A model generated the notes under the pieces. The model did no database searches, was not told the DNA's origin, and worked only from the letters and a program-made list of their open reading frames with translations. DNA of 64,000 nt from assembly GCA_963781885.1 (NCBI GenBank), contig CAWAHW010000001.1, positions 96,001 to 160,000 of the forward strand. The letters run 5' to 3'. Of the stretch, positions 41,455-51,631 are shown in pieces (the stretch's first letter is position 1; each line of letters starts with the position of its first letter). The translations under genes and the position numbers were made by a program. Source of the stretch: an uncultured Spirochaetota bacterium. GTDB lineage: Bacteria > Spirochaetota > Spirochaetia > SZUA-6 > Fen-1364.

Positions 41455-44430
41455 CTACCACCCCGATTCAAAAAGGAAACCCCACGAGCCCGCGGGGACT
41501 GCAGGTCTCTGGAAGGGCACCGCGTAGTAGATCTGCAGCACGATCGCGTTCAGCACGTTGATTCTCACGGCCGCACCCGCGCTCACCATGGGCACGCGGG
41601 CGCCAGGATCCGTGCTGCCGGAAAAATCCGGCGGGCTCGTGCCCGTCCAGGCGACACCCGCGTCGACAAAACCGACGAGCGTGAGAGGCAGCCACGGGAA
41701 GTTCAGGAGGCCCACGTCGGCAGTGCCCAGGATCGGAAGGCGCAGCTCGGCGTTGAGCACGGCGATGCGGGACCCGAAAAGCCTGTCGATCTGGGGCACG
41801 TCCCCGCCCCCCGCGCCCTCGATTGAGGCCATCGAATAATACTCGTATCCCCGGACGAGCGCGGGGTCCCCGAGGTAGTAGTCGCCGATGAGCGCGTTGT
41901 CGGCGTCGCCGAGATAGCGTCCCTCGTGCAGCGCGCGCACGGCAAGGGAAAAAGGCTTGAGGTAGAGATAGGCGCGGACGTCGGCGATTGCGGTGGCAAA
42001 GAACAGCGAGCCCGTGTCGCCGTCGATCTCCAGCCGGTAACGGTAGCCCTTCAGGGGCTCGGTGAAGCCGAAGAAGGAATAGTCACCGACATAGGCCGCC
42101 CCGACGCGGAAGATGTCCAGCGGCGGCGGCACGTCGAGGGTCACCTGCCCGGCGCCGAGGTAGTTCCCCTGCTGGTAGAAGGACACGGGAGCGACCTGCT
42201 CGAACCAGACGTGCTGATAGCCCGCAAGAGCCTCTATCCTCCTGTTCGCGCTGAGCGGATAGGAGCCCTGTACGTCCGCGAGCTCCGTGAAGACCTGCTG
42301 CTGCACGAGCGCGGTGTCGGCGCCGGCAACGGTGATGGCGGCTGAAGGCAGGAGGAAGTAGTTCGTCTGCGGCAGGTGGGCGATGTCGATACCCCAGCCG
42401 AAGCGCCGCGCGCTGTTGGTGTAGGAAATCTGCCCCCCCAGCGTATCGACGGTGCCATTGACCTGCGCGACGATATCGACGAGCTGGTTGCCCGGCACGT
42501 CCTGCAGAAGCATCTCCGCCGTGCCGCCCAGTGTCGTGCCCAGGGCGCCGACGCTGAGCCCGATGTCGGTGGCGCTTGCCGACAGGAGCTGGAAGTTCGT
42601 ACGGTACGGCGCAAGGGCTCCGACCGGTGTGACCGGGAGATCCTGCTCCGCAAGCTCCGCGGCAGGAGAGATCGCCCCATCATATTGCACGGCGTTGCCC
42701 ACGGCCTCGTCGCCGCGCAGCACGTGCACCTCGTATCCCCTGTTGGTGAAAACGGAAAGGGCAAGGCTCCCGGTTGCCGACGCCACCGAGAGGCAGGGGG
42801 AAAGAAGCGTGAGCCCGCCGACGCCGGTGGCGACGTGGGTGACGCGGAAGAAGAGCCCCCCCGCCATGTCGTAGCGGTACACGTCCGGCACGCCGTCGGG
42901 ATCCGCGACGAAGTACAGGCTCTTTCCGTCGGGCGCAAAGACCGGGTTCACGTGCGTGGCGCCGTCCTTGATGGAGACGATGCGCACCGCACCTGTTGCC
43001 ACATTCATGATCCCGATGTTCATGGAGCCGAAGGACAGCGCGGCCCTGTCGGTCTTGCCTCCCTGGTCCGTCACGAAGGCGAGCGATTGCCCGTCCGGCG
43101 ACCAGGAGGGCTGCAGGTAGGCCGCGCGCGTGCGTGTGATCTTCGTGAGCGCACCGTCCGCCGGGTCCAGGAGCCAGATGCCGGCCTCCGCGCTCACGGT
43201 CGCCGACAAGGCGATCCGCGACCCGTCGGGGCTCCAGCTGATGCCCGACACGTCGTTCAGGTCGCCGAGGGGAACGACGCGGGAGATCCTGCCGCTGTGC
43301 GCGTCGGCAAGCGCCAGGGCCTCCCTCCCGTTCCGCTCGACGGAGAATGCGACCGTGCGCGAGTCGGCGCTCCACCCCCCCGACGAATCGGTAAAGTGCA
43401 GCGCGTCGAAGTGCGCATCGGTATCCGTGGAGCCCAGGCTGCGGAGGATTTTCCCCGAGGCCGTATCGGCGATGGAAAGACTGAAGGTGAAGGGGTCCGC
43501 CCGTGAGAACACGCCGATCATGGTTCCGTCCGGACTGATGGAGGGGCCGAGCACCGTCCCCGTGCCGATGCCGGCGAGCGTCCTGCCGACCTGCCGGGGG
43601 TCGGTGCGCCCGGCGAGCTGGGGAGAGATCCGGGCGGAAAGCTCGTCCTTCCAGAGCTTGGACAGATCGCCGAGACTCTTCACACCGAGGGCCGATGCAA
43701 GAGCCGTATCCACGCCGCCCGACGCGGAGGCAGTGATGAAAGCCTTCAACGCCGCGTCTCCCCAGCGACGGTCGATGAAATCCAGGAGCGCCTGCCCGAA
43801 GCGATAGGGAAAATACATATCGGGCCGGGAGGTCATCTGGGAGACGTCGGGCAGCGAGCCGTGCAGAACCGCGTCGCGCATCCAGATGGCCGTGAGCGGG
43901 TCGTCCTTTCCCAGCGACAGGTATTCCGCCATGCCCTCGATCAGCCAGGTCGGAAGCGGGGAGGAAGGCGAGAACGAGGAGCCTCCCCCTTTCATGAGAC
44001 GGAACTGGAACGCATGCACGAGCTCGTGGCCGATGACGTGATCGTCGTCCGCGGGGACGCCGGTGAGGGGAAGAAGGATCCTTCCTCCCAGGCTCTCCGT
44101 CACACCGCCCTCACCCGGGGAGATGAGACCGGGCACCGCATTGGATTGCTGGAAGTCGGCAAAGCTGTCGTAGAGGATCACCTTCTGCGGCCCTTCCAGG
44201 TCGGTGCCAAAGAGCGCAGCATGCCGTGCGTACCACTTCTCCAGCATGCGCGCGGCGTCCTCTGCCGCCGGCGTGCCCCGCGGATAGTGGAGGATCTGGA
44301 AATGCGTCGTCGTGAGCACGGAGAAATCGAGCTTCTTCCAGGTCACCTTGTTGCGGCCGAACTCCTGCGCGGAGGCCACGGACCCGGCAAACAGGAAAAT
44401 CACCAGAAGGGTCACGCCACGGCGGAGCAT
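41455..44430 (-). CDS. Outer-membrane protein: gluzincin-like peptidase domain, TolB/PD40 beta-propeller, Omp85-like barrel
   Basis: Signal peptide then 'QEFGRNKV'; 'GHELVH' plus 'EGMAEY'; PD40 repeats 'WSPDG' and 'FAPDG'; Omp85-like 'VRGY', 'NAELRLP', 'GFVDAG'; terminal W. Confidence 0.8.
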   Translation of the reverse strand: MLRRGVTLLVIFLFAGSVASAQEFGRNKVTWKKLDFSVLTTTHFQILHYPRGTPAAEDAARMLEKWYARHAALFGTDLEGPQKVILYDSFADFQQSNAVPGLISPGEGGVTESLGGRILLPLTGVPADDDHVIGHELVHAFQFRLMKGGGSSFSPSSPLPTWLIEGMAEYLSLGKDDPLTAIWMRDAVLHGSLPDVSQMTSRPDMYFPYRFGQALLDFIDRRWGDAALKAFITASASGGVDTALASALGVKSLGDLSKLWKDELSARISPQLAGRTDPRQVGRTLAGIGTGTVLGPSISPDGTMIGVFSRADPFTFSLSIADTASGKILRSLGSTDTDAHFDALHFTDSSGGWSADSRTVAFSVERNGREALALADAHSGRISRVVPLGDLNDVSGISWSPDGSRIALSATVSAEAGIWLLDPADGALTKITRTRAAYLQPSWSPDGQSLAFVTDQGGKTDRAALSFGSMNIGIMNVATGAVRIVSIKDGATHVNPVFAPDGKSLYFVADPDGVPDVYRYDMAGGLFFRVTHVATGVGGLTLLSPCLSVASATGSLALSVFTNRGYEVHVLRGDEAVGNAVQYDGAISPAAELAEQDLPVTPVGALAPYRTNFQLLSASATDIGLSVGALGTTLGGTAEMLLQDVPGNQLVDIVAQVNGTVDTLGGQISYTNSARRFGWGIDIAHLPQTNYFLLPSAAITVAGADTALVQQQVFTELADVQGSYPLSANRRIEALAGYQHVWFEQVAPVSFYQQGNYLGAGQVTLDVPPPLDIFRVGAAYVGDYSFFGFTEPLKGYRYRLEIDGDTGSLFFATAIADVRAYLYLKPFSLAVRALHEGRYLGDADNALIGDYYLGDPALVRGYEYYSMASIEGAGGGDVPQIDRLFGSRIAVLNAELRLPILGTADVGLLNFPWLPLTLVGFVDAGVAWTGTSPPDFSGSTDPGARVPMVSAGAAVRINVLNAIVLQIYYAVPFQRPAVPAGSWGFLFESGW

Positions 44431-44519
44431 GATTGAAAAGATCGGCCGCCAGGCGGCACGGGTCAAGACCACCGGGCGGTGCATTTCCACAAAACGGACG
44501 AATTCAGTACTATTTATCG

Positions 44520-45563
44520 ATGCCCGAAACGCCTGTCACCGAGGAGCTTATCCGCAACGCGCTGCGGACGGTCGAGGAACCGGAGCTGCACCGCGACCTG
44601 ATCACGCTGGACTTCGTGCGCGACATCGCGATCAAGGGAAAAGACGTCGGGTTCACCATCACGCTCACCACGCCCGCCTGCCCGCTGAAGGACCAGATCC
44701 GCGACGAAAGCGAAAAGGCCATCCGCCGGCTGGTGCCCGGTGTGGGCGCCATCGCCATCGCGTTCGACGCGCGCGTGCGCGCGGACAAGCGGATCGAAGA
44801 CAAGATCCACCTCCCCATCAAGACCATCATCGCCGTGGGAAGCGGCAAGGGCGGCGTGGGAAAATCCACCGTGAGCGTCAATCTCGCCGTTGCGCTGGCC
44901 CAGTCGGGGGCCTCCGTCGGGCTTCTGGACGCGGACGTCTATGGCCCGAACATCCCCACCCTCATGGGCATCGACCAGCTTCCGCCGCCGGACGGTGAGA
45001 CGCTCGTGCCGGCGGTCGCTTTCGGCGTGCGGGTCATGAGCATGGGCTTCCTCATCGGCGCGGAGGAGGCGCTCGTGTGGCGCGGCCCCATGATACACGG
45101 CGCGCTGCGGCAGCTCCTCACCGAGGTCGCCTGGGGCAACCTCGACTACCTCGTCGTGGACCTTCCGCCGGGCACGGGGGACGCGCAGCTCAGCGTGGCG
45201 CAGCTCGTGCCGCTCACCGCGGGCATCGTCGTGACCACGCCGCAGCTTCTGTCCGTGAGCGATGCGCGGCGCGGGGTCGCCGCCTTCCAGAAGCTCGGCG
45301 TGCCCGTGCTGGGCATCGTGGAGAACATGAGCGGCGACGTCTTCGGCACGGGCGGCGGCGCGCGCGCCGCGGCCGAGCTCAAGGTGCCGTTCCTCGGCAC
45401 CATCCCGATGGACGCGCGCATCTCGCGCATGGGCGATGGGGGAACGCCGCCGGTCTCCGGCACGGAGACCTTTCCGGCCGCGGAGGCTCTGCGAAGCCTG
45501 GCGCGCAGCATTGCCGCCGGGATCAGCGTCCATCAGTACCAGAACAATGGGGGCGGACGATGA
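44520..45563 (+). CDS. mrp: Mrp/ApbC (NBP35-family) Fe-S cluster carrier ATPase
   Basis: 'LTTPACP', 'SGKGGVGKST', 'DADVYGPN', 'WRGPM', 'DLPPGTGD', 'VTTPQ', 'ENMS'. Confidence 0.93.
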   Translation: MPETPVTEELIRNALRTVEEPELHRDLITLDFVRDIAIKGKDVGFTITLTTPACPLKDQIRDESEKAIRRLVPGVGAIAIAFDARVRADKRIEDKIHLPIKTIIAVGSGKGGVGKSTVSVNLAVALAQSGASVGLLDADVYGPNIPTLMGIDQLPPPDGETLVPAVAFGVRVMSMGFLIGAEEALVWRGPMIHGALRQLLTEVAWGNLDYLVVDLPPGTGDAQLSVAQLVPLTAGIVVTTPQLLSVSDARRGVAAFQKLGVPVLGIVENMSGDVFGTGGGARAAAELKVPFLGTIPMDARISRMGDGGTPPVSGTETFPAAEALRSLARSIAAGISVHQYQNNGGGR

Positions 45564-46325
45564 AGATTGCAGTCGACATTACACGCGCGGATCCCCGCGC
45601 CGGCACAGCCGTGCACGTGCAGCGCTTCGAGGTGGAGGCCGAGCCCACGGAGACGGGTGCTCGACGTGCTTCTCTCCATCAGGAACACCATGGACGCCAC
45701 GCTTGCGTTCCGCGCGAGCTGCGCCCACGGTGTCTGCGGATCCGATGCGATGCGCATCAACGGCAAGGAGCGCCTTGCCTGCAAGACGCTCGTGCGTGAC
45801 GTGAGCGGGGATGCTCCCCTGCCCGTCATCAGCATCGAGCCCCTGCGCCACATGTCCGTGCAGCGCGACCTGGTGGTTGACCAGTCGGAGTTCTTCCGGC
45901 GCGCGCGCACAGTGGCGCCCTACCTCCTGCCAGCCGCGGAGAGCGCCCCGGCGGACGGCCGGGAGAGGCTGCAGTCGGCGGAGCAGCATGCGCAGTTCGA
46001 GGACGCCACGAAATGCATCAACTGCGGCGCCTGTTTCTCCGCGTGCCCGGTGCTGGAGAAGAATCCCCGGTTCCTCGGTCCCGCCGCCATCGTGCAGGCG
46101 GCGCGCTTCGTGGAGGACAGCCGTGACTGGGGACTGGCTCCGCGCCTGGACGCCCTTGATACCCCGGACGGCATCTGGGGATGCGAGAATCACTTCGAAT
46201 GCACACGCGTCTGCCCGCGCGAGATCAAGGTGACGAAGCTCATCAATCTCATGAAGCGCCGCGTGACGCAGGAACGCACGCGCCGGGGAGAGGTCGTGCA
46301 CGATACCGCGGAGAAGGGGGCATAG
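45560..46325 (+). CDS. sdhB: Succinate dehydrogenase/fumarate reductase Fe-S subunit-like protein; frameshift near 45655
   Basis: 'FRASCAHGVCGSDAMRING.ERLAC', 'RDLVVD', 'CINCGACFSACP', 'FLGPAA', 'WGCENHFECTRVCP'. Confidence 0.85.
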
Positions 46326-47244
46326 GTGGGAGAGACGCAGGCGCCCGAAAGGCTGCCGCCGTGGTTCAAGGTGCGCCTCAACACGAGCAGGAGCTATGGC
46401 GCCATCAAGAGCCTCGTGCAGACCGAAGGGCTGCACACCGTCTGCCAGGAGGCGCGCTGCCCCGAACCTGCATGAATGCTGGGGCACGCACGGCACGGCG
46501 AGCTTCATGATCCTCGGAGACACCTGCACGCGGCGCTGCCGGTTCTGCGCGGTGGGCACGGGCCTTCCCGGGGCCGTAGACGTCCTGGAGCCGATGAAAG
46601 TGGCGGCCTCCGTCATGAAGATGGGTCTGAAGCATGCCCACGTCACGATGGTGAACAGGGACGACCTGCCGGACGGCGGGGCTTCTGCGATGGCCGCCAC
46701 CGTGCGCGCCATCAAGGCGCGCGCGCCGGAATGCTCCGTGGAGGTGCTCACGTCGGATTTCATGGGCGCGCGGGACGCCATCGCCGCGGTGGTGGAAAGC
46801 TCGCCGGACATCGTGAGCCACAACGTGGAGACGGTGCGGCGGCTCACCCCCCGGGTGCGCTCGCGATCCACGTATGACCGGTCGCTTCTTTTCCTCCGCA
46901 CCGCGCGGGAGCTGGACCCGAAGGCCGTCACCAAGTCGAGCCTCATGCTCGGGCTGGGAGAAACGCGGGACGAGATCCTCTCCACGCTGGACGACCTGCG
47001 CGCGGAAGACGTCGACATCGTGAATCTCGGCCAATACCTCCAGCCGACGCGGAACAACATCCCCGTGCAGCGCTACTGGACTCCGGAAGAGTTCGCCTCC
47101 CTGCGGGAGGCGGCACTCGAGCGCGGATTCCTGCACTGCGAGGCCGGGCCTCTCGTGCGCTCCTCCTACCACGCCGGCGAGCAGTACGAAAGCTTCCGGC
47201 AGAACCTCCAGCGTGTCCGCGCCGCGCGCGCGGCCGGGGCGTGA
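46326..47244 (+). CDS. lipA: Lipoyl synthase; one extra base near 46461
   Basis: 'LPPWFK', 'LHTVCQEARCPNLHECW' (after removing the indel), 'CTRRCRFC', 'RDDLPDGG', 'HNVETV', 'GQYLQP', 'VRSSY'. Confidence 0.95.
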
Positions 47245-47936
47245 TCGAGACATCACACCGGACACCGGGCAGACGCCCGCGGACCAACCCGCTTCACCCC
47301 CTCATTGCCATCCGCGAGCTGGGCCGGGGCATATTCATCCTGCGTCTTGCGCGGGAAGGCATGCAATTCCGCGCCGGTCAGTGGGTCAATGTCGGCATCC
47401 CCGGCGCAGGGGAGCAGAGGGAATACAGCATCTACTCGCCGCCATCGGCGGAATACCTGGAGGTGCTGGTGAAGGAGATCCCCGGTGGCGAGGTTTCTCC
47501 TGCCCTGCACCGCTGCCGCCCGGGGGACCGTGTGGAGATCGACGGCCCGCACGGGGCATTCACCCTGGTGGAGGGGCTGCGCGATGCTCCGCATTACCTG
47601 TTCTGCGCATCGGGAACAGGGGTGTCGCCTTTTCACAGCTTTGTCACTGAATACCCTGCCACTGATTATGTCCTGCTCCACGGGGTTCGCCATCGCGCGG
47701 AGCTCGTGGACCCGGGAACGTACGACGCTGCCCGGTTCGTGCCGTGCATCAGCAGGGAGCCGGCGCGACCCGGCGAGCACCAGGGCAGGCTCACCGGCTA
47801 CCTCGCGGAACATCCCATCGACCCCTCGACATACTGTTACCTCTGCGGCAACAGCGACATGATCTATGAGGCATTCTCCCTCCTCACGCGTTTCGGCGTG
47901 CCGCGCGAGCAGATATTCGCCGAGATTTATTTCTGA
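47241..47936 (+). CDS. Ferredoxin-NADP reductase-like FAD/NAD(P)-binding oxidoreductase
   Basis: 'FRAGQ', 'REYS', 'GEVS', 'GPHG', 'SGTGVSPF', 'YLCG', terminal 'EIYF'. Confidence 0.88.
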   Translation: MIETSHRTPGRRPRTNPLHPLIAIRELGRGIFILRLAREGMQFRAGQWVNVGIPGAGEQREYSIYSPPSAEYLEVLVKEIPGGEVSPALHRCRPGDRVEIDGPHGAFTLVEGLRDAPHYLFCASGTGVSPFHSFVTEYPATDYVLLHGVRHRAELVDPGTYDAARFVPCISREPARPGEHQGRLTGYLAEHPIDPSTYCYLCGNSDMIYEAFSLLTRFGVPREQIFAEIYF

Positions 47937-47981
47937 TGGCCGGTGTTTGAAAGACATAGGCAGGCACAGTATTATTTCAGC

Positions 47982-48647
47982 ATGGCTGGAAATGCACAGT
48001 TCCTGGCAGTCCTGACCTGCCTTGCTGGCATTGCCTGCGTCAGCCTCGACGCGCAGGTGGAAAAGAGTCTCTACCGCGAGACGCACGGCAGCAGGGTCTC
48101 CATGGTCGTCTACACGGTGAACAGGGCAGTCGGACAGATCGATCTGCAGTCCACGGGGGGCACCACCGACGACGAGATACAATGGGCGCCCGGCATGGGA
48201 ACGACGCTCTGGAAGGAGAAGGACTACCGGGTGGGCACGGACCTCGTGGCGGAGAGGAAGGGCGATGTGATCCACATCGCGGGCCGGCTTCGCGGCGAGG
48301 AGGTCGAAAGGGACATCGGCGTCGATGGGTCGCCCTGGTACCAGATACTAGGTCCGATCGTAGGGGATCTCCTGCCTGCGGACGCGGCGGAGCGGGAGTT
48401 CTGGGTCGTCAACCCCGACGACCTTGCGCCGCACAAGATGCTCGTCAGGCGCGCGGGAGCCGAGTTCCTAAGCTTCCGGGGTTCCCGGATCGAAACGAAC
48501 AAGATACATTTCTCTCCGGCCGGAGTGCTCGCGCGTTTCTGGGGCGCGGACTTCTGGTATCGGCAGCAGGACGGGGAATGGATCTATTCCCGGCTGCCGG
48601 AAGATGGCGGGATGACGATCAATGAGCTCCAAGAGTCCGGCGCCTGA
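47982..48647 (+). CDS. Hypothetical exported beta-rich protein
   Basis: Signal-like N-terminus; preceded by TTGAAA-N17-TATTAT, 6 nt before the ATG. Confidence 0.6.
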   Translation: MAGNAQFLAVLTCLAGIACVSLDAQVEKSLYRETHGSRVSMVVYTVNRAVGQIDLQSTGGTTDDEIQWAPGMGTTLWKEKDYRVGTDLVAERKGDVIHIAGRLRGEEVERDIGVDGSPWYQILGPIVGDLLPADAAEREFWVVNPDDLAPHKMLVRRAGAEFLSFRGSRIETNKIHFSPAGVLARFWGADFWYRQQDGEWIYSRLPEDGGMTINELQESGA

Positions 48648-49602
48648 GCGCGGGAAGGAAAAGAAGCGCTGGGATGCACTCGATGACCTTCGGGGCATCG
48701 CCGTGCTCACGATGATTCCCGTGAACGTGGCGGCCCCTTTCAGCGCCATCCCCGCCTGGTTCAAGCACGCCCCGTCCACGGGGCTCACATTCGCGGATTT
48801 CATCCTTCCCTGCTTCCTCTTCTCTCTCGGGCTTTCCGCCTCGTTCTCATTCGCCGCGCGCGTCAAAGAGAGAGGATTCGCCAGGACGCTCCTTCACGCC
48901 TTCATCCGCTACGCGGTGCTCTTCGCCTTCGGCACCATCGGCATTCTCCTGGTCGACCACACGGCCCGGTGGGAGGTCCTCCAGATGCTCGGCGCGACGG
49001 GCCTTCTTTCCTTCTTCTTCATGCTCCTCCCACCGTGGCCCCGTCTCGGCGCGGCGGCGCTCATGCTCGCATGCGTGGAAATACTGCGCCCGCTCGGCCT
49101 GGGCGCGCTCATCAACGGCTGGTACGACTCGGGGCTCGGCGGTCCCTGGGGGACATTCAGCCTTTCATTCCTGATCGTCGTCGCATCGGTGCTGGGCGAG
49201 CTCATCCGCGCCGCTGACGCGCGAAAGCGTCTTGCCTGGTCGTCGGGCTTCGCGGGCGTGTTGATTGCCGGCGGCATTATCGCCGCCCTTTTCCTCCCCT
49301 TTTCAAAGCACCTCATGAGCCTGAGCTACATCCTCTTCACCGGCGGCGTATCAGCCGGCGTGCTCGCGCTTCTCGTGGCGATCACTGAAATGTGGGGGGG
49401 CAGCCTCGGCTTCGTCAGGAGCGTCGGCCGCAACCCGCTCCTGCTCTATATGCTCCACGCCGTGCTCGGCGTGCTTGCCCTCACAGTCGCCGGCGTCGAT
49501 GCTTCGGGTGCCGCCGCGTGGGGGGCATGCGCCGTGGTCATTCTGCTCTGCATCGGCGCCGCCTGGGCGCTGGACGCGAAGAAGCTCTACGTGCGGCTCT
49601 GA
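48622..49602 (+). CDS. Membrane acyltransferase, heparan-alpha-glucosaminide N-acetyltransferase-like (DUF1624/DUF5009)
   Basis: 'RWDALDDLRGIAV..MIPVN', 'TFADFILPCFLF', 'SKHLMSLSY', 'GRNPLLLY'; multiple TM segments. Confidence 0.78.
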   Translation: MSSKSPAPERGKEKKRWDALDDLRGIAVLTMIPVNVAAPFSAIPAWFKHAPSTGLTFADFILPCFLFSLGLSASFSFAARVKERGFARTLLHAFIRYAVLFAFGTIGILLVDHTARWEVLQMLGATGLLSFFFMLLPPWPRLGAAALMLACVEILRPLGLGALINGWYDSGLGGPWGTFSLSFLIVVASVLGELIRAADARKRLAWSSGFAGVLIAGGIIAALFLPFSKHLMSLSYILFTGGVSAGVLALLVAITEMWGGSLGFVRSVGRNPLLLYMLHAVLGVLALTVAGVDASGAAAWGACAVVILLCIGAAWALDAKKLYVRL

Positions 49603-49633
49603 GCCGCGATCGGATCGGCCGCCGTCCGCGCCG

Positions 49634-49975
49634 TCATGAGTCGATGCGCGGCACCCAGAGTCGGCGCTTCATGTCGACGCTCCCGTCCTCCTTCACCCTG
49701 ACGCCGTCCCGCTCCAGTGCCGCCTTCTGCTGCTCGTAACCGGCGCCGCGCGGCAGAGAGATCGACCCGCGGCTGTTGATGACCCGGTGCCAGGGAAGAC
49801 GCTCCTTTCGCGAGAGTGAGTGGAGGATGCGCGCGACCTGGCGCGCGGCGAGCGGGCTTCCCGCCACGGCGGCGACCTGGGCATATGTGGCGACTTTTCC
49901 GCGCGGGATGGAGCGGATGACCGCAAGGGCCCGGACGGTGAAGGGGGCGTATCTCCCTGCTCTCGACGCGGCCAT
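49634..49975 (-). CDS. Alkyltransferase-like protein (ATL, MGMT family with Trp in place of the catalytic Cys)
   Basis: 'IPRGKVATYAQVA', 'ARQV', 'LPWHRVINSRG', 'LERDGV'. Confidence 0.9.
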   Translation of the reverse strand: MAASRAGRYAPFTVRALAVIRSIPRGKVATYAQVAAVAGSPLAARQVARILHSLSRKERLPWHRVINSRGSISLPRGAGYEQQKAALERDGVRVKEDGSVDMKRRLWVPRIDS

Positions 49976-50146
49976 GCGCCCATGATACCGGGACAGCAGC
50001 ATCCCGTCAGCGCCTCGACGCGAGGCTTGACGGCATAATTAGCGCCGCTGAAGATCGTCGGGCTTGCGGTCATCGTTGCGGGCATGGCGCTGGTTGTTGC
50101 GTAGCGGGCGTGCCCCTCTCCGGCTATACTGTCCGGGGGGTTCGAC

Positions 50147-50947
50147 GTGGCAAGAACGAGGATCGTGATCACCGGTTCCACGCGCGGCGTGGGGCTGCGG
50201 ATGGCCCGGGAGTTCCTGTCCCGAGGGTGCGCCGTGATGGTCTCCGGGAGGACCTGGCAGGCGGTGGATTCCGCCGTCGCCCAGCTGAAGGAACAGGTGC
50301 GGGACGCCGACGTGCACGGCCACCCCTGCGACACCGGCGTCTACGCCCAGGTGGAGGCCCTGTGGAGTGCCGCACAACAGGAGTTCGGTGGCGTCGACCA
50401 CTGGCTCAACAACGCGGGCATCGGACAGACCGCGGTCCCGGTCTGGGAGCTGCCCCCGGAGGAGACGGAGGCCGTGATCCACACGGACGTCCTGGGCGTG
50501 CTGTATGGTGCCCGGGTGGCCATGCGCGGCATGTCACCGGCCGGCAGCGGGACGATCTGGTTCATGGAAGGCTATGGATCGGACGGCAGGATCATGAAGG
50601 GCATCACGGTCTACGGCGCGGCGAAGCGGGCCGTCCGCTATGCCGCCCACGCGCTCGCGGTGGAGGCAAAAGGCACGGGGGTCAACATCGGCACGCTGAG
50701 CCCGGGCATCATGGTCACCGATTTCACCCTGTCGAAGCTCGACAAGCGCGATGCCGCGGCCTGGAAGAGGACGCGCGCGGTCTTCAACATCCTTGCCGAC
50801 ACGCCCGAGACCGTTGCGGCATTCCTCGTGCCCCGGATCCTCGCCGCGAGAAAAAACGGGACGCACATCGCGTGGCTCACGACCGCGAAGATCATGTTCC
50901 GCTTCATGACGGCGGGCATCGCAAGGCGCTCCGTCATGCCGGAGTGA
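50147..50947 (+). CDS. Short-chain dehydrogenase/reductase
   Basis: 'ITGSTRGVG', 'NNAG', 'YGAAK', 'SPGIMVTD'. Confidence 0.92.
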   Translation: MARTRIVITGSTRGVGLRMAREFLSRGCAVMVSGRTWQAVDSAVAQLKEQVRDADVHGHPCDTGVYAQVEALWSAAQQEFGGVDHWLNNAGIGQTAVPVWELPPEETEAVIHTDVLGVLYGARVAMRGMSPAGSGTIWFMEGYGSDGRIMKGITVYGAAKRAVRYAAHALAVEAKGTGVNIGTLSPGIMVTDFTLSKLDKRDAAAWKRTRAVFNILADTPETVAAFLVPRILAARKNGTHIAWLTTAKIMFRFMTAGIARRSVMPE

Positions 50948-50983
50948 CGGGAAGCGCACCCGAGCGACTCCCCGGCGCGTTGG

Positions 50984-51559
50984 CTACCCCTTTGAAAAGC
51001 GCGTGACTTCAAGCCCCTTGCCGATGGGCAGGGTGAGGGACTCCGCATTGCGACGCCCGCGAATGTATGCGACGTAGTCGGACAAATCGTGAGACAGGAT
51101 GTTGTCGGCGACCACCACGGCTCCGGGCGCAAGGACCACCAGCTTGAAAAAGCGAATGTAGTCGTCTTTCTCGCAATCGATCAGGATGAAATCCCGCTCG
51201 CCGCACGCAGGGATGATATCTGCCGCATCCCCCAGCACGAAATCCACCCAGCCCGAGAGTCCCAGCGAGGCAATCGTTTCTCTTGCCTCCGCCTGGCGCA
51301 TCGGCTCGATTTCTATCGATATCAGGCGCCCGTTTGCCTGGCGTGCAGCCTCGGCGAGGGCGATGGTCGAGATGCCGCTGGACCCCCCGATCTCCATTAA
51401 TCGCCGGGCATGACAACCGGCCGCGAGGGCGCAGACGAATTCCGCCGAGTCCGGCTCGAGGTTGCGATGCCGCGCGGACTGCGGGAGCTTTTCCGCATCC
51501 TGGGCCAGTTTCCTTTCCCACAATCGATCTATAGCGCCGCGTTTGAGATCGTCCAGCAT
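50984..51559 (-). CDS. O-methyltransferase (class I SAM)
   Basis: 'MEIGGSSGIST', 'SIE', 'GDA', 'LIDCEKDDY', 'VVADN', 'PIGKGL'. Confidence 0.85.
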   Translation of the reverse strand: MLDDLKRGAIDRLWERKLAQDAEKLPQSARHRNLEPDSAEFVCALAAGCHARRLMEIGGSSGISTIALAEAARQANGRLISIEIEPMRQAEARETIASLGLSGWVDFVLGDAADIIPACGERDFILIDCEKDDYIRFFKLVVLAPGAVVVADNILSHDLSDYVAYIRGRRNAESLTLPIGKGLEVTRFSKG

Positions 51560-51631
51560 GACATCCCCTTCACAATTACATCCCGCATTGACGATACTCA
51601 TAGACGCCTGACGCGTCATCAGGAGGTGCTC

